The translations under genes were made by a program, and so were the position numbers. From contig NW_018404269.1 of assembly GCF_002113885.1 (NCBI RefSeq), positions 6,108 through 70,107 on the forward strand: a DNA stretch of 64,000 nucleotides, written 5' to 3'. This DNA comes from Mizuhopecten yessoensis. Taxonomy: Eukaryota. The notes beneath the pieces are model-generated. The model was given only the letters and a program-made list of their open reading frames with translations, had not been told where the DNA came from and did no database searches. Of this stretch, positions 13,601 to 27,900 are shown piece by piece (within the stretch, counting starts at the first letter, position 1; the number at the start of each line of letters is the position of its first letter).

Positions 13601-16600
13601 ATTCCATGACGCTGTACAGTTGGTCGTCAATCAAGCGCGATGAACGCGCCTTAAATGCGATAATAATACCTGTGGGAAATTACAATTAGCATACCAGAAG
13701 GTATATCAAATAAATTAAGGTTGCTTGCACAGGTTTTTTTTTCTTTATTAATAATAAGTTTTCCTCGATAATTTTTCTAAAGAGCGGCTAATGGTTTTGC
13801 AGTGTTTAAGCATCAAATAAGCATATTCTTTTAAAATAAACCAAAATATATATTAGCCTGAAAGGAGTCTTCTTTTACCCCAAATAAATCAAACTGTCCT
13901 TCAAATAATTTACTCTGTACATGCTACAACTTATTTGAGCTGTCTATGATAGTATTACGTAGACGGTACATTCCATCCGATCACATCTCTCGACCTTTTG
14001 TCATTTGTTACCGAAACAAAACAGTAATTATCCGAACATTTATCGCATACAATTTGCAGTTAATGTCAAATGCATTTGATTATATAGCAATACGTACTGT
14101 GAACGCACGTAGCATGCATCCCTTGCTTGGTTTTGATGACATCTTCTAAGTCAGACAGCGATGAATAAGTTTCACCAACCTTGAGGACTGTAAAACCAAA
14201 GTTTTGTAAAGTATATATATTACGATTTGTCGAAAGAAGTGTGGTTACATCAGAGATACTATTATTAAATATTGAACAATAAACTGCCTGATATGAGCAT
14301 AACTGATGTTTTGGTGACGGATCGAATGATACATTGTATATGGATTAAGTAAATGTTATTTAATCTTTTTAGAGCAATTTTGACACTAAAACGTGTTTGG
14401 TGTAAAATGTGTATTAAGCAAGATCGTATATTTCAAGCGACACATATCTCAGCTTTATGAATCGTTACATGACCTGGGATATTTCAAAAAATATGTTTCT
14501 TCTACACGTCTATGAAACAAATTTGAGTCCTTATTTTGTTTCTGTATGCTGACAATTCCATACACGAAGTCTATGATAATGAAATGGCTATCTCTTGCTG
14601 TAGACGTCAAAGAACATGTCGTTGTACTGGTCACAGGTAACAGGAATGTCGTTTTACTAGTCACAGGTAACAGGAAAGTTGTTTCACTAGTCATAAATAG
14701 GGAGAATGTCGTTTTCCTACTAGTCATAGGAAGGAGAAAAGTCACTTTGCTAGTCACAGGTAGTAGGAATGTCATTTTACTAGTCAAAGGTATGAGAAAT
14801 GTCGTTTTACTAGTCAGAGGTAAGAGGAATGTCGTTTTACTAGTAACAGGTAGGAGAAATGTCGTTTTACTAGTCACAAATAGGAAGAATGTTGTTTTAC
14901 TAGTCACAAATAGGAATAATGTCGTTTTGCTAGTCACAGGTAGTAGGAATGTCATTTTACTAGTCAAAGGTAGGAGGAACGACGTTTTACTAGTCACAAA
15001 TAGGAAGAATGTCGTTTTACTAGTCAGAGGTAGGAGGAGTGTCGTTTTACTAGTCACAAATAGGAAGAATGTCGTTTTACTAGTCATTGGTAGGAGGAAC
15101 GCAGTTTTTCTTGTCACATGTATGAGAAATGTCGTTTTACTAGTCACAGGTAGGGGTAAAGTTGTTTCACAAATCACAAATAGAAAAATTTCATTTTTGC
15201 CAGTCACAGGTAGGGGGAAAGTCGTTTTCCCAGTCACTGGTATGAGAAATGTTTTACTAGTGATAAGTAGGGGAATATTAATGAAATTAAATTGCTTGTC
15301 TTGCGACCCTACAATGTTGAAACAATGAACCGTGAATTTCAGCAAATGACAAAAAAAAAGTGTTTTACTTTAGGTCACCCCGTCGTATTAGGAAAAACAC
15401 TATCAAGATCTTAAACAAATTTTCTTACAGTCAATCCATTAAAAGGTTAAATATTAGTTAAACAGAATGAATTTTCACCAGATGGTTGTTTATGCTGAGT
15501 TGTAATTGATTCCTAATGACCTGCATATCAACGTCACGATAGGGTATTTTAATTATTTGAAAGACATTTAGCACATCGGCCATTCATTACTTCGGTAAAA
15601 CGGGCTTGCGCATCGCATGAGTACCGTTGATTATATGTTAAAAGACTGATAACATATTTTATAGTTTAGTCGCATTCCCCTTATCTTCATCATACAGAAT
15701 AAAGATTCTACATTCGTAGGTGGGTTTTTTTACCCTCAACAGGAGTAAAATTAATTGGGTAATGGACAATTTAAGTAAAAAATAAATAAAGTAAACTTAC
15801 ATTTGTAGTAAAGCACGAAACCAGAACCACCTTTTATGCTATTATCTGTAAACTTAAATCCAAACGTTATGTTGACGGGTCCAGTTGTGAAATTATGAAT
15901 ATAAGTCATAGATTGCTCTAGTTCTACGTCTTGAATGAATGCAGTGTTAAAATCATCACCGATATCCAATGACGCAACGTAGATAGCAACGCGGCTGAAA
16001 TCTCTCCGGGTCTGCAGATACCCGTTAAATGTCACGGTGCACCTTGGTGCATAACGGTTATTCTCGATATGAAAGACGTCCTTGCCGTATTCCCATGGAA
16101 ACCGTTCGTGACTCCTCACTACGCCAGACGGTTGGTTATGGCGTTGTTCTATGTTGATTGAATGCGTCTTGTTTCCAGCGCATATATCTGAAACAACTAT
16201 AAAAGACAAAAAAATATATTTTCTTTCTGTCTTAACCTTCAATTCCTCTGAAACAAAAGTTAATGTAGAATACACCGTTTCTTGTGCAATTTCTAATTTT
16301 AAAAGATAATTTGACAAACACAATGAATAAAATATGTTGCTGCTAATACAATGTATCAATCAGAGGAATATATGTGATGATTAGAAATGCAATATACCTG
16401 CTTTCTGAACACATTTCCAGTCCTTCACCATGACGTTCTGCCATTCCGACGACGGACATTTCGTTCTTAAACTAGTAGAAGGAAACGTTCTATGAATGGA
16501 TGATAGATCAATAAGACATTTGCTTTTCCAGTAGCAATTCAAGATGTCGACGCGTAAATCTGTGTATGGTATATCCACCCCGTAGCAGACGTGCCCAGCT

Positions 16601-16748
16601 TTACAAGACACACTGGTAGGGTACACATCAGGTTTGTATATCACATATCCAGGGGGACAGGACAGTTCAAGAAATTCACAGAAATCTTTAGTACTCTTTC
16701 CAGCACAACACTGTTTTAGTTTTTTTGTAGAAACTCTTTTTGCTGAAC
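10625..16748 (-). CDS. Gene B: SUEL/Gal-lectin-like + CUB-like domain protein with basic tail (5' exon unresolved; ~425 aa recovered)
   Basis: Phase-consistent GT-AG exons: 16748-16398 (LSCPPGYVIYKPDV...CYWKSKC), 16187-15801 (SGVVRSHERFPWEY...GSGFVLYY), 13145-13005, 12368-12256, 11272-11011 and 10647-10625 (RSRKRKG*). Minus-strand AATAAA is near 10215-10225. Confidence 0.75.
11310..11425. repeat. ~40-bp tandem repeat, 3 copies
   Basis: ataacagtagtcyacgtgttgaagcctgcatacact repeated three times. Confidence 0.9.
11976..12187. mobile_element. MITE with CTGTAT...ATACAG(TA) inverted termini (family also at ~63221-63394, partial at ~53830-53881)
   Basis: ctgtatgccgagaaaac ... tttctcggtatacagta here, and ctgtataccgggaga ... 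ttcccggtatacaata at 63.2-63.4 kb. The copies share ggcgaa/ttcgcc subterminal motifs. Confidence 0.6.
14605..15265. repeat. 30-bp tandem minisatellite (~21 copies) in an intron of gene B
   Basis: Unit gtcgttttactagtcacaggtaggaggaat. It explains the repetitive ORFs 14455-15345 and 14546-15328. Confidence 0.95.
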
Positions 16749-18087
16749 CTGAAAACATGATCAATACATATGATATAACTTTGCGGCGAATTTATTACAT
16801 ACACATGAAAAACTGTTAATATGATAAAAATGTTGTAGATGTTCGATGAACATTTCCCCCAAAGAGTAAATAAACATAATGTAATAGTTTTGTTTTCCAG
16901 AAAATCAAACATGACGTTTCCTTCTCTTACATGCACGATAGACTCAAGAGATGATAACATATATGCAAATGAGCATTTTTAAAACTATTACAGGAACTGT
17001 TGTCTATCTCCCTCCAATGCAATTACTAAAAGATAGAGTCTCACACCTTATGATACCTTCCGAGAGTTATCGCCTTTGGACCCGCTTAACATTATTTCAT
17101 ACTTACCAATAATTGTCAATTATAGAGTCGACCAATGGTTTTTGATATATACAGAAGTGGTGTCTCCATCAAAGCTGACAAATGCTATTGGATGCTTACA
17201 TAATATTGTCCCTCAAATCTCGAAAATGAGCCGCGGCATTTTTTCGTTTTTAGTACGAAATCCCAAGCTAGTTTTCAAAACCGGACTATCTTCATGGACG
17301 ACTCATTTAGACTGTAAGGTATGGAAGTTATTTTTAAGACAGTCTTATATTTGAAGCATTTTAAACAATACACGACGTAGTTGCATCATTGGTTAAGATT
17401 ATTACAAGCATTTACCGTAAAAGAATCGTGCAAGTTGCCCAGTGTTTTAAACCTGAAATAAAGTATTGATTTAGGGGGAGGGGTGCACTAATAACCATAA
17501 AGCCATACACGTGTCAGTTTGTTATTTCACCATTGGCAGCAAACTGACTGCAAGAATCCAATGTTTATTTTCAAGGCCGGCCTATTTTCGAAACTGGCTT
17601 ATGTTCCAGATATATTTGACTGCCAGGAATTTCAGGCTTATTTTAAAAGCCGGCGTTTTTCAAATTAGGCCTATCATCAAGAACTTATGATGAGAAGGTT
17701 ATGATAAAACATAGTGTTGTCGTTATCAAAGCTAACGAATGGAACATACTACTTACATGTAAGAATTCCTAACAATATTTTTCTCAATCAAAGGCGTTCA
17801 AATGTATATCATGCCTACCGAAAGTTGCCTTATCAGACCTGACCAACGCTTCATGTTATGAACAAAGAGGTGACCCTATCATAGGTGTCAGATATCGCAC
17901 GCTACATACAGTGAGTGTTATGTTCGTGTCAAAGAAGACACTACAACAGAGAAAATTCTCTCTGGTAAAGCTGACCAATACTGGAAAAATGCTTAATGTA
18001 ATTTACAACTATAAGAGTTGAACAACACTGCAATATGTTTGCAGAAAGGCTGCCTATATTTGACCTGAACCGTATTACGCAAAACGA

Positions 18088-18265
18088 ACAGAGCGTGTGT
18101 CTGTCAAAGCCGACAAACTCTGCATAATACTTACAGAGCGTGTGTCTATCAAAGCCGACCAACTCAACATAATACTTACTGAGTGTGTGTCTATAAAAGC
18201 CGACCGACTCTACATAATACTTATAGAGTGTGTGTCTATCAAAGCCGACCAACTCTACATAATAC
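18088..18265. repeat. 45-bp tandem repeat, ~4 copies
   Basis: acagagcgtgtgtctatcaaagccgaccaactctacataatactt repeated, with a further degenerate copy near 18420-18460. Confidence 0.85.
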
Positions 18266-19910
18266 ATGTACGTATAACTTACAAAACGTTATTGCAAAGA
18301 TGACTAACAATATCAGATTGCGTCTCATTGAACAAATTCTACCAACATAACTTTGCACTTTCGAAGAAGTGTTTCAATGTATCAAATCTGACTTATTGAT
18401 AATTACGATGATATATTTCCATCAAAGCTGACAAATACTACGCGATACTTACAGAGTGGTGTCTCAATCAACGCTATCAGGAATATGTAGCCGAATAGCG
18501 GACGCATAGCCGGTGATTTTCACATGTATCCTGGCATTCAAAATAGGATCAATAATCTATTTTACAATGATGATATTTTCTGGAGATACTGAAACCTTCC
18601 GTAACGATATGCTGTTTACTCCAACGTGAGTTTACGTAACGCCAACACAGGCTATACGTACAATTCTTGATATTTATAGTCAATGGACATAATAGAATGT
18701 GGCAAAAAATGCAAGGTTAGTCGAATTTACATATCACTGACGAGGATATCTACACCAGCAGAAGTGTATAGCGTCTAATCCTATATCGTGCGAACAGAGT
18801 TTGCAACTCTGCTTCATTTATTTAAAATCCCGTCATTGTATATTCTCATATTATTTTCTCACTTCTGTTCACAACAGGAAAAAAACGTTTGATTTTAGTT
18901 TTCAGACAAATTTGTTTTTTTGTAATTGAACAGTGTTTATCGGGAATCGAACCGTCATCCCAAAATGTCTTTTTTTCTATTTTAGAATTTGTAGAATTTT
19001 CAAAACAGGAATCTGTTAAGTTCATACCATGTCTAACGCGTTTTGTAATAGTTCTGGTGGTTTCTTTTAGGTTTCATATATGAATTATTTATTGTACACT
19101 GTACATGCTTTTTGCGTTTCATTTCCATTTTTATTCTTGGAATTGTGCATTCTATCTAGATTGATTGTAACATCTAGCTGCGGTTTTAGTTTTTAAGATC
19201 TTAGTAAAATGTAACCGCTGAATATTTGAAAACGATTTCAATGCCTGAAAAGGCTAGACTCTTAGTTAGTTTGGCCCGATAATGATTGGAAGTACGACTT
19301 ATATAAAAGCATAAAACTCATTCACTATTTCGCTAGCAAGTTGAAATTCTATAAGATGATGGTGATGCTATACGAATTATATCAAGTAATATGAACATTA
19401 TATTGTTATACTATGTGTAGACAGAATAAGCGTACATGTGTTACTGTTGTTGTTTTGGGATAGTTCTCATTGATGTTGTTGTTATTGTATACATCGGTGC
19501 ATTCGAGTCTGTCTGTCTGCTCCTCTGGGACATGTTTTAAGGTGCATCAGGACACTTTGAGATCGCCATATACGGTCGAAAAAGAAAGTCAAGAATTTAG
19601 AACAAAAGCACCGTTTCACAAGCGATCAAATATATGAACTTTTGAAAGTAGAACTTAATAAAAGTATTGGTGTGTTCATGTTCTAAATATCCTACTTTAT
19701 TATAGCGGAATCCGGTATTTTGAGGTACAATTTTACATATCGTAGTAGCTGTGACGCACAAAATTTATACCCGTAAACTGATGAAAATTCAGTTGGGTAA
19801 TATACCTCTGAATGCGCTGTTATATGTAAGGTTTGTCGTGCCATGGCGGGACTTTAATATAATTATGCAGCGCGTACATTAGATGGCATGTTTTCAATCC
19901 AACTCCTTAC

Positions 19911-19958
19911 CACATTTGCCGCCATCACCCATATTATGTATAACATGAATGTGTTCAT
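19911..19958 (-). CDS. Candidate signal-peptide exon of gene B (MNTFMLYIIWVMAANV)
   Basis: Hydrophobic N-terminus with a GTG|GTAAGG donor, an acceptor at 19974 and an upstream TATAAG (~20125) with a donor at 20077. It ends in phase 0 while exon 16748 needs phase 1, so a micro-exon would have to be missing. Confidence 0.3.
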
Positions 19959-22900
19959 AACACTACCGTATATCTGTACACATTTCGGCAGAAATGCACA
20001 CTATACAAAAAGGAAACATATCTGCCACTTATCCAAACCGATCAATGTCAGGATATATATAACAACCACATAATTACCTTTCACAGCACTTTACTTTCGT
20101 TTTAGCAGCCATCTTTGAACTACTTATATTCCTACGCCATCGACTGTTTCCGAAAATAAAACCAAAACTACCACCTGTACGATTATTCTAAATAATACTT
20201 TTTTAACTGATTTTGCTGCAAAAACATACTTTCCAAGTTTCGTGAAAAAAATAATAATAACGGGGTTATTTGGCGAATCAATATCCGGTTTAGTGTTGCA
20301 GGTCACATGCTGACAGCCAAGATGAACATCAGTTCCTTGCAAATACGATCGACATTGTCGATTACTCTGTTTTATAGACAATAGGTATGTATATGTGTTA
20401 TGAGTTATTGTGCATTATTGGGTTTTTACAATGAAAATCGGATTTTTGGTATTGAAAGAGAAAATTTTCCACGTCTGTGTTGTCAGTCGGTCAGCCATGT
20501 TTATAAAATGAGGTATATTTTCTGCTATAAAATTACATGTTATGTTGTATGTTGTTGTTTTTTTTATGCAGTTTGTTAGTAAATAAATTACTTTATTATG
20601 TTACCAAATCATTCTATTGTTAATTTTGCGCTCATAACGGTATTTTGTACGGAAGCCTGCAGATAGTCTCACCGGTCTCATGCATGCACTCCATGAGCAA
20701 TGGCTCATTTATTGTGAGTTTAGCTCGTTTCCAGTTTTTAATGTGGAAATGGGGATATTTGTTACCATGTGGCATATAATTGCAAATATATAAATTAATC
20801 CATCCTGTAGTTTAAATATTACGACATGTCTATAGAAACATGGTATAAAAAAAGGTGTATACTATTGTAAGATTGTACCTAAACAATTGCAAACAACATG
20901 TCATATGGTGTTTTGGTATGTGACAAGTACTTTATTATAGACAGCAAAAACTTATTTCTATCTTCTGTGTTTTCAATTATTGGATTCCAGATGTAGGCGA
21001 AAGTTTACCCGATTTGTAGGCAGGCAAATTTCCCATTTCTGGATCATTGATATTGAAATAAGGTATTTTAGAGACATTGCTTTATTTACTTCCCTTAACG
21101 GAAATAAAAGACATACTCGGATACATTGAAAGTGGTAGTTTACATGAGGTGAATAGATGAACACTTTGGAATGTTGTTAAAAGAGTAATATCATATCTAA
21201 CGAATCCATTAGTTGGTGATGTACCTTGTACAAAACACCATGTCATAGAAAAAAAATGGCAAATTATTGCGAAAGTGTGTTTAAAAGTATATGCAAACAG
21301 ACTGGCATTCATGGGTACCCATACTTTTGAAAATAATCCCAAATATGGCCGACTTTGCAGAAGAAATAACATGTAACTACATGTTATGTGTTTTGTCATA
21401 TCAAGTCATATAGTCTTAAATCGGACTAAGTAAGAGTGGCAAAACATGAAGTTGTATTTAAACTTCATATTTATTGTTAAATGATGAACAGTAGTGAGAA
21501 ATTCTGGTGGAACAAATGTTTCGGTTTTGGTTCCAAGACTCTTCAATGATATGTTATGTGAACATTTACCCTTAAAACTAATATGCAGTGATGAAACACC
21601 ATATCCTGACCTTCATTTTGATATATAATAATTTACATTTTTTTTCCCTCTCTTTTTCCTTTTTTTTTTTTTTAAATAAGGGAGCAAAAAGTGTCTTGAT
21701 GTACCTGAAACAAACTTCAAGGTTTGCGGTCAGCTTGGCGATTGGTTTCAGATGAAAAAACAGAACTGACCAATCACTAGGCTGATACCTAGCATAGGAG
21801 CGACTACCGATTTCAAAGCCAGTCATTTTTACCGTTACTCTTTCGTGCAACTCTTTAGATGTACATCAAACTAAAATCTCCACCAGTGGCAGAGACAGCC
21901 TTTGATTCCGTCATGAAATATTCTAGGTTTGCAGAGAACTTAAGAGATCAGAACCCCTGGAATATCGAGGATGCAAAAAGTTATCATAAGGGACAATAAT
22001 GCGATAGTATCTTTAAAACACGCGTTTGCAATCTGCAGTTTGTCACATATCAAATTCATGTTCAGTTATATGTTTGAGGTAAGATCAAGTGGTATTGTTT
22101 CTTACAACTGAACCATTGCTAAACACTGACCATATGTTATAAACGAGTTATATATTTCTAGCAGTACTAGTAACATCTATGAATGTATCAACGATGTAAA
22201 ACGTATTTAAGTGACACGTTTAACTTTGCTTCCTAAAACAGAACATACATTATTACGGCATCAAACCGATTGATAAATCAAAAATAAAACCAAATGTTGA
22301 TATCGTTAAATGACGTGAAAGTAATATCACGTGATTATTACACAAAATTTACCGCAAAATTGACAGTTTTTCTTTAAAATGTGTTGAGCCACACCATTAA
22401 TAGAATATTATAATGGTTTCCTGTTGACAACCACATACATTTTACTCGCATTGCAGCACAATAAAATAACAGCTATACTCGTTCAGTATATATGGTATTC
22501 GCATGATACATCGTCCACATCAGCTGCTTTGAATATCCAGTGGGCCTAGTGTTTCCTGTATAAACAATATATTATGTTACCAGACAAAACAAAACAAAAA
22601 AGAGTACTGAAAGACATTTTTTTTTTTTATTTGATACAATATTCGATTATTCATTTGCATGTGTTTTGAATAAATTAATAAATTAACACAAATTAGAAGA
22701 ATCATCCAAATAGTCGTGCATTATTTCCTTTCGATAATTCTCAGTTGTATGCACAAATGCAAAACTACACCTACACACCATATTTGAAAATACATATATA
22801 AATGTGTATGGTTCCTATTTTAAATCATAAATCACTACAGTGTAAGTTTCAAATACTTAAAGTTTACAAATAATGCCGCTCCGATATAAACACATGTGGA

Positions 22901-24384
22901 TATTTCATATAAATAACAAATGTAGGGAAGTCGATATCATGTAATTGAACACATATTGAAGTACCTGTGGAATTGTGATGTATGATTGATGTAATTGCGG
23001 ACAGCCTTCTGTTACATCTAATATACAATGTATCTCTATCGAATACACAAACACTAACATCTTCATCCTCTTTACAATCGTCGTAAAACAAGCATACATA
23101 ACACAATGATATGTGTCTTGATCAAAACAAAAATGTTATTGTGTGTCGACAGATAAATGCAGAGACAAAATATAGCTATTGCACATGTTTGTGTATACAG
23201 AACACAGAAGGATTTATAAAAGGCATACATTTATCCAGTCAGAGCCAATGTCATAATCTATATGTCTACAGTGTAATATCCATTAATGATTTTCTTATTA
23301 TTATTATAGAAGCAGCAAGAGCGACAACAACATCTTATACAACCTTTATAAAAGTATGTATTTTTGTGAGAACAGTTATGCTACGTAATCGTATAAATAA
23401 CCACACACAAAAAATACATACTGCTAATGTGCAAAAAGAAAATATATCATTAAAAAAATGAGAAAACACCAAGTGTCTCTTTAAACGTCTACATGTAGAC
23501 ATCAGTCAATATTTAAAATGGTACCTCAGTGAAATGAAACATATACTGTCCCGCGAAACGCAACATTCAAAACAGGAGTGTACACGGACGTTCGGGGTCT
23601 ATGATATTCGTATTCTCACACCTCAGATAGAGATATCCCACGTCATACCCCATGCTAGATTTTTTTCCATCTCGTCTTATTTGTCTAGTACCTATATGCG
23701 ACATTTCGCGGAACTTTTACGCAGCGATTTAAGCATCTGCGCGTTTAATGCTCGAAATTGATAATGTTCATTAGAAATATTCTGTTTTGTCGTTAAAAGT
23801 ATTATTTTGATGTTGTTAGATTCCTGATGTTCTCGATTAAATAGAATCTACACTGTGAAATGAATTGTCTTCTTTGTTAGGGCGGACAATATTTTACACG
23901 GAAGCATTCAAATGTAACTTTAGGAGTGTAGAGGCCATATGTATTTGAGGCCCGAGACGGGACGCTTGTAGTCTTTAGCGAAATTGATTTTTTTTCGAAC
24001 TAAAAAGTGCGAGATAAAAAATCAATAACCTGTTACAAGTAATATATATTATTATTGGTGTAAGTTCTGTACATAGTCTGTTGTGAGACGGTCATTTATA
24101 ACTCTTACATACATGGTTATCTACTGTATTGCTGTAAGCAAATCTTGTCCGACTGTGACATACGTATACCAATCTTATGATATTGTCGTTTTCCGACACC
24201 AATATTTCGAAAAAAAATCCTAAAAAGTTTGAAAATCAAATTTGGAAGTTGTGATGTACTACCGTTATTAAATATAGATATACTGTGATAACGTTTGTAC
24301 CACTGTTTAATATGTCTATCTGTACTTTTGTGGTGAAATCATCATACTATTACTTTTAACCTGTCGATTTCGGCTGTTATTTGT

Positions 24385-24590
24385 TTGTTCTGTTTTGTTT
24401 GTCTCGTCTTATAAATATTTAAGGAGGTGCCAGGTATTGAGGTCGAGAAAAGCCGGAGTTTTCGGAGAAATCCACCGATCTGCGGCCAGTAGTTGGCGAC
24501 TGCCCCACGTAGGCCTCGAACCCGCGACCCAGTGGTGGAGGGCTATAGTAATGAGGACCGTCGGACGCCTTAAACATTCTGCCACCGCGT
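24385..24590 (-). mobile_element. tRNA-derived SINE (V-SINE-like core)
   Basis: The minus strand has an A-box-like head, a B-box GGTTTCGAGGCC-like motif, a TTTCTCCGAAAACTCCGGCTTT core and an (AAAC)n-type tail. It is closely related to the copy at 47220-47416. Confidence 0.7.
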
Positions 24591-24994
24591 TGTACGGTTG
24601 TGACATACTTATAAATGTAGTATTTTTCTTGCAATGTCCGTATCGATTGTGTATGACTATTTATGGAATTATAAATATATGTATTATTGTTGTTGACAAA
24701 AGAGTTCAAGTTGTGGCTCTACAAAAATATTCGAGATGCAGTCCCGTTTATGTTGGCAATGCTTATGCAATAAAGTGTTTAGTGTTTCTGTGTGTGTGTC
24801 ACCGATTCCGTACACGAAAAACCAAACTTTTCTACAGCGAAGTCATTTTCATTCTACAGTACATATATTGAAGCAATAAAATGCTTATGGAAATAGAAAT
24901 TGTCCTTTCCAGGGTGAATTACTATCAATGCCAACTGGAAGCAGTCCTGAATTTAATACATATACTTCACGTTCTCTCATAGTCACCGTCATCA

Positions 24995-27900
24995 TCACGG
25001 TAATGTCTTTGCTGTACCGGTCCCTCTCGAACGTCGCTTGTTTCTTTCGCCACTCCTAACCTTTTTTCTATTTTTAGACGTTCCTGAAAAAAAAGAATTA
25101 TAAAGTGGCATGCACAATCGACGTTTTCGTATAAAAGGTATTCGATATTTGTAATGTTTTAATTTTATTATAAAAAACAAGGTTTTGGGGTTATTTCATA
25201 TTGTAGTGATGTTCGACTTGATATAAACTGCATTGTAAATATTTCTATTGATTTCCAGCAATTGCAACGAATACAAATCTACTTCAAACACATATACAAT
25301 ATAAAAAGTATACTTAAAATAAAATGATAGATTCATCAAAATAATACTATAATTTGGGTCAATAAAAGTGCCATGCTTGGACAAAAGAAGCAAAAAGATA
25401 AATTTAACATGTGACTAACGACTTACGTTCATAATGGAGTATAAATCCCGACCCTGCCTTGGATCGACGTTTTGTCGAGAAGGTAATCTCTACGGTACCT
25501 CCTGACAAAGTTTTCGACATGTTCCCATCATTGCCTCTGAATAAAATGGTCGTTTTTCGCCCTTTCCTGATATGTCTTAGGAAGAAGGTGTCCCTTTCAT
25601 CGTCTATGTCGACGTCGTCCAGTTGGAGGGTCAGCTGTCGGCCACGTCCTATCTGTTGACAAGATTGACATGCTAATTAAGTATTTTTCAGTGTTATATA
25701 AAGTTCTCCATGAACGTGCTTTAGTTTGCAATTAGAGTTTAGATCCTTTATGTCAGTCGTTATAATCTCTATATCCTTTCATATTGATAAGCTGCAGCAA
25801 TTCGTCGTGTGAATGGAAGGTCAATCCTGTTATGGGAGATGATGCTTGCATCATTTTATTGTTAAAGGTAACGCTCAAAGCTTCAAATCATTTTTTTGCA
25901 TTGATTTTGGTTATATTTACTAATATTTGCGATTTGTTTTGCGAAAATGTCCTTAACAATGCAATAAACCACTGTCTTCATTTCCATTTAATCTTTTAAA
26001 GTTTTTTTGGGGGAGTATAGATAACACATGGGACACACTGTACGTACAATTTTAAATGTGCAAATGTAGTCTTTGGTCTTAAGTTGGTTCATAGATATCT
26101 AAATCTAGTGACAGCGTTCATTCTCCTTTCAGAAAGCGATTACAAAACATAAGCCCTTTAGCGCGCTACAAACTCGCAATACATCGGAGTACCCAGCACT
26201 GACTGTTTTTCTGAACCAGACGCTATTCGCCGACGTTATCTAGACTGATACCTAACCTACATGTCTTACAACATCCTTCAACTCTCTCCGTAACACAACA
26301 TGTGCCAAGGCTTTGCCAGCCTCGGAAGCCAAACACACAGAAATAGAGCAGCCGAACAGTGCACACGTTATGTCGAAATCATGTATAGTTTTGGGCCGTG
26401 TCCTGACGGTGCATGGGTATACGGTATATTAATGCTGAATTGAGTTTGCTGCAAAAACATGCGAAAATCGAACGTTTGTTTTATAATAATGACGTGGAGG
26501 TTCTATATATGCGGCACTGTAAAGTGAATTTAAAGAGATTTAATAGGAAATGTAATAGACGCAGGCACTGGGTGCCTCTCTATCCATACATTGTATCAAT
26601 ACAATGTACATATGAGATTGTAACCAGCCAAATGACAGTATTTAAGTACTCATATGTCAGTCGTACTCCTAAATGTACTGAAAGAACATCTGCATCATTG
26701 ATATTTCATATTAATCAAAAGGATTTCAATTCGCCATACTAATCATATTTAGACGTAATTCGTGCCAGAATCGAAGCTAAGGATATTACATGTACGATGA
26801 TTTGCTATATTTACCCTAATCCGCTGTCGGCATCTTTTGTTCACTCTGGGGTAGTGCCAGGGATATTTGCCGTGGCTGCGGACAATACCGGTCGGCAATT
26901 TTGCTACTCTGGTGTCACAAATGTTAATAATGTTGCCTGGGAAAAAAACCAAATAATATTTGTGTAATACACGTTCTAACGAGAAATATATGAACTCACA
27001 TAAATAACGGAGTCATGTCCGGGTAATCATGAATGGTTACCTTGCCATGGTGTGTCTTCTATCAAACCCAGAACTCATAATTTTGTCCCGAGACATGATG
27101 TAATACCCTAATTTGAAATTACATTTATTTCAATTTCAATGTTTTCAAAATTAACGTTAATATGTATGCAACGTTTAATGAGAGTTTCCGGTATCGGTGT
27201 CTCTTATATCTTGTAGGTGAAGTTCAAGTTGATGTGGAATCATCTTAGTTTGCTTATCAGCTGGTTCCTTGTACGTAGGGTTCTGATATTACCTTTTAAA
27301 CAAGCAACCCGTGATGACCGAAATATTGTAAGTGTCGATTCATATATTTGAGATAACGTTTATTAATTAATTACAGCGAAGAAAAACATTTTTTGGCAAA
27401 CTAATAATACACACCATAAACGTTTTATAAATAATCTGATAGGTCGGCAGCGCTGTTTTAACTGATTTTGTCTTTATTTAAGATATTTCTCACCTTCCTT
27501 TTCACATTTGAAGCCTCTGCTTTTAAAGATGTCAGCAACACGGCCAAAACAGCGAGCTGATGACGTCATTGTAAGGAATGCTGGTCCTCGCCATTCCATT
27601 GTACAATTTCTACGCCAGTAGCACTCGTTACGCTGCACGAGAAGGTGCGGAGAAAGTCCCTCACATCCGGTATATCTACTGCTGGTGACGGTTACATCCG
27701 GGGCGTATATAACTTTGCCTCGAGGACAGGACATCGAAATGGATTGCTTGTCATTCCATGTCATGCTAGTCTTCAACGTTGCTGAAACCAGATTCAATAA
27801 AATTTGGACTAAAAACCAATAGTGGATGTCGATGGTTTGATCTGTTTGCTAATCAGACATAAACAAGACGCACGTGATCACTATTTCTTCGAGTGTGCAA

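Noticed and set aside
14455-15345. Long ORFs on both strands (296 and 260 aa)
   Set aside because: 30-bp intronic minisatellite that is open on both strands.
20078-20112. ORF start MAAKTKVKCCE with a splice donor
   Set aside because: Splicing to the next acceptor (19973) reaches a stop within six codons; at most a UTR exon or uORF.
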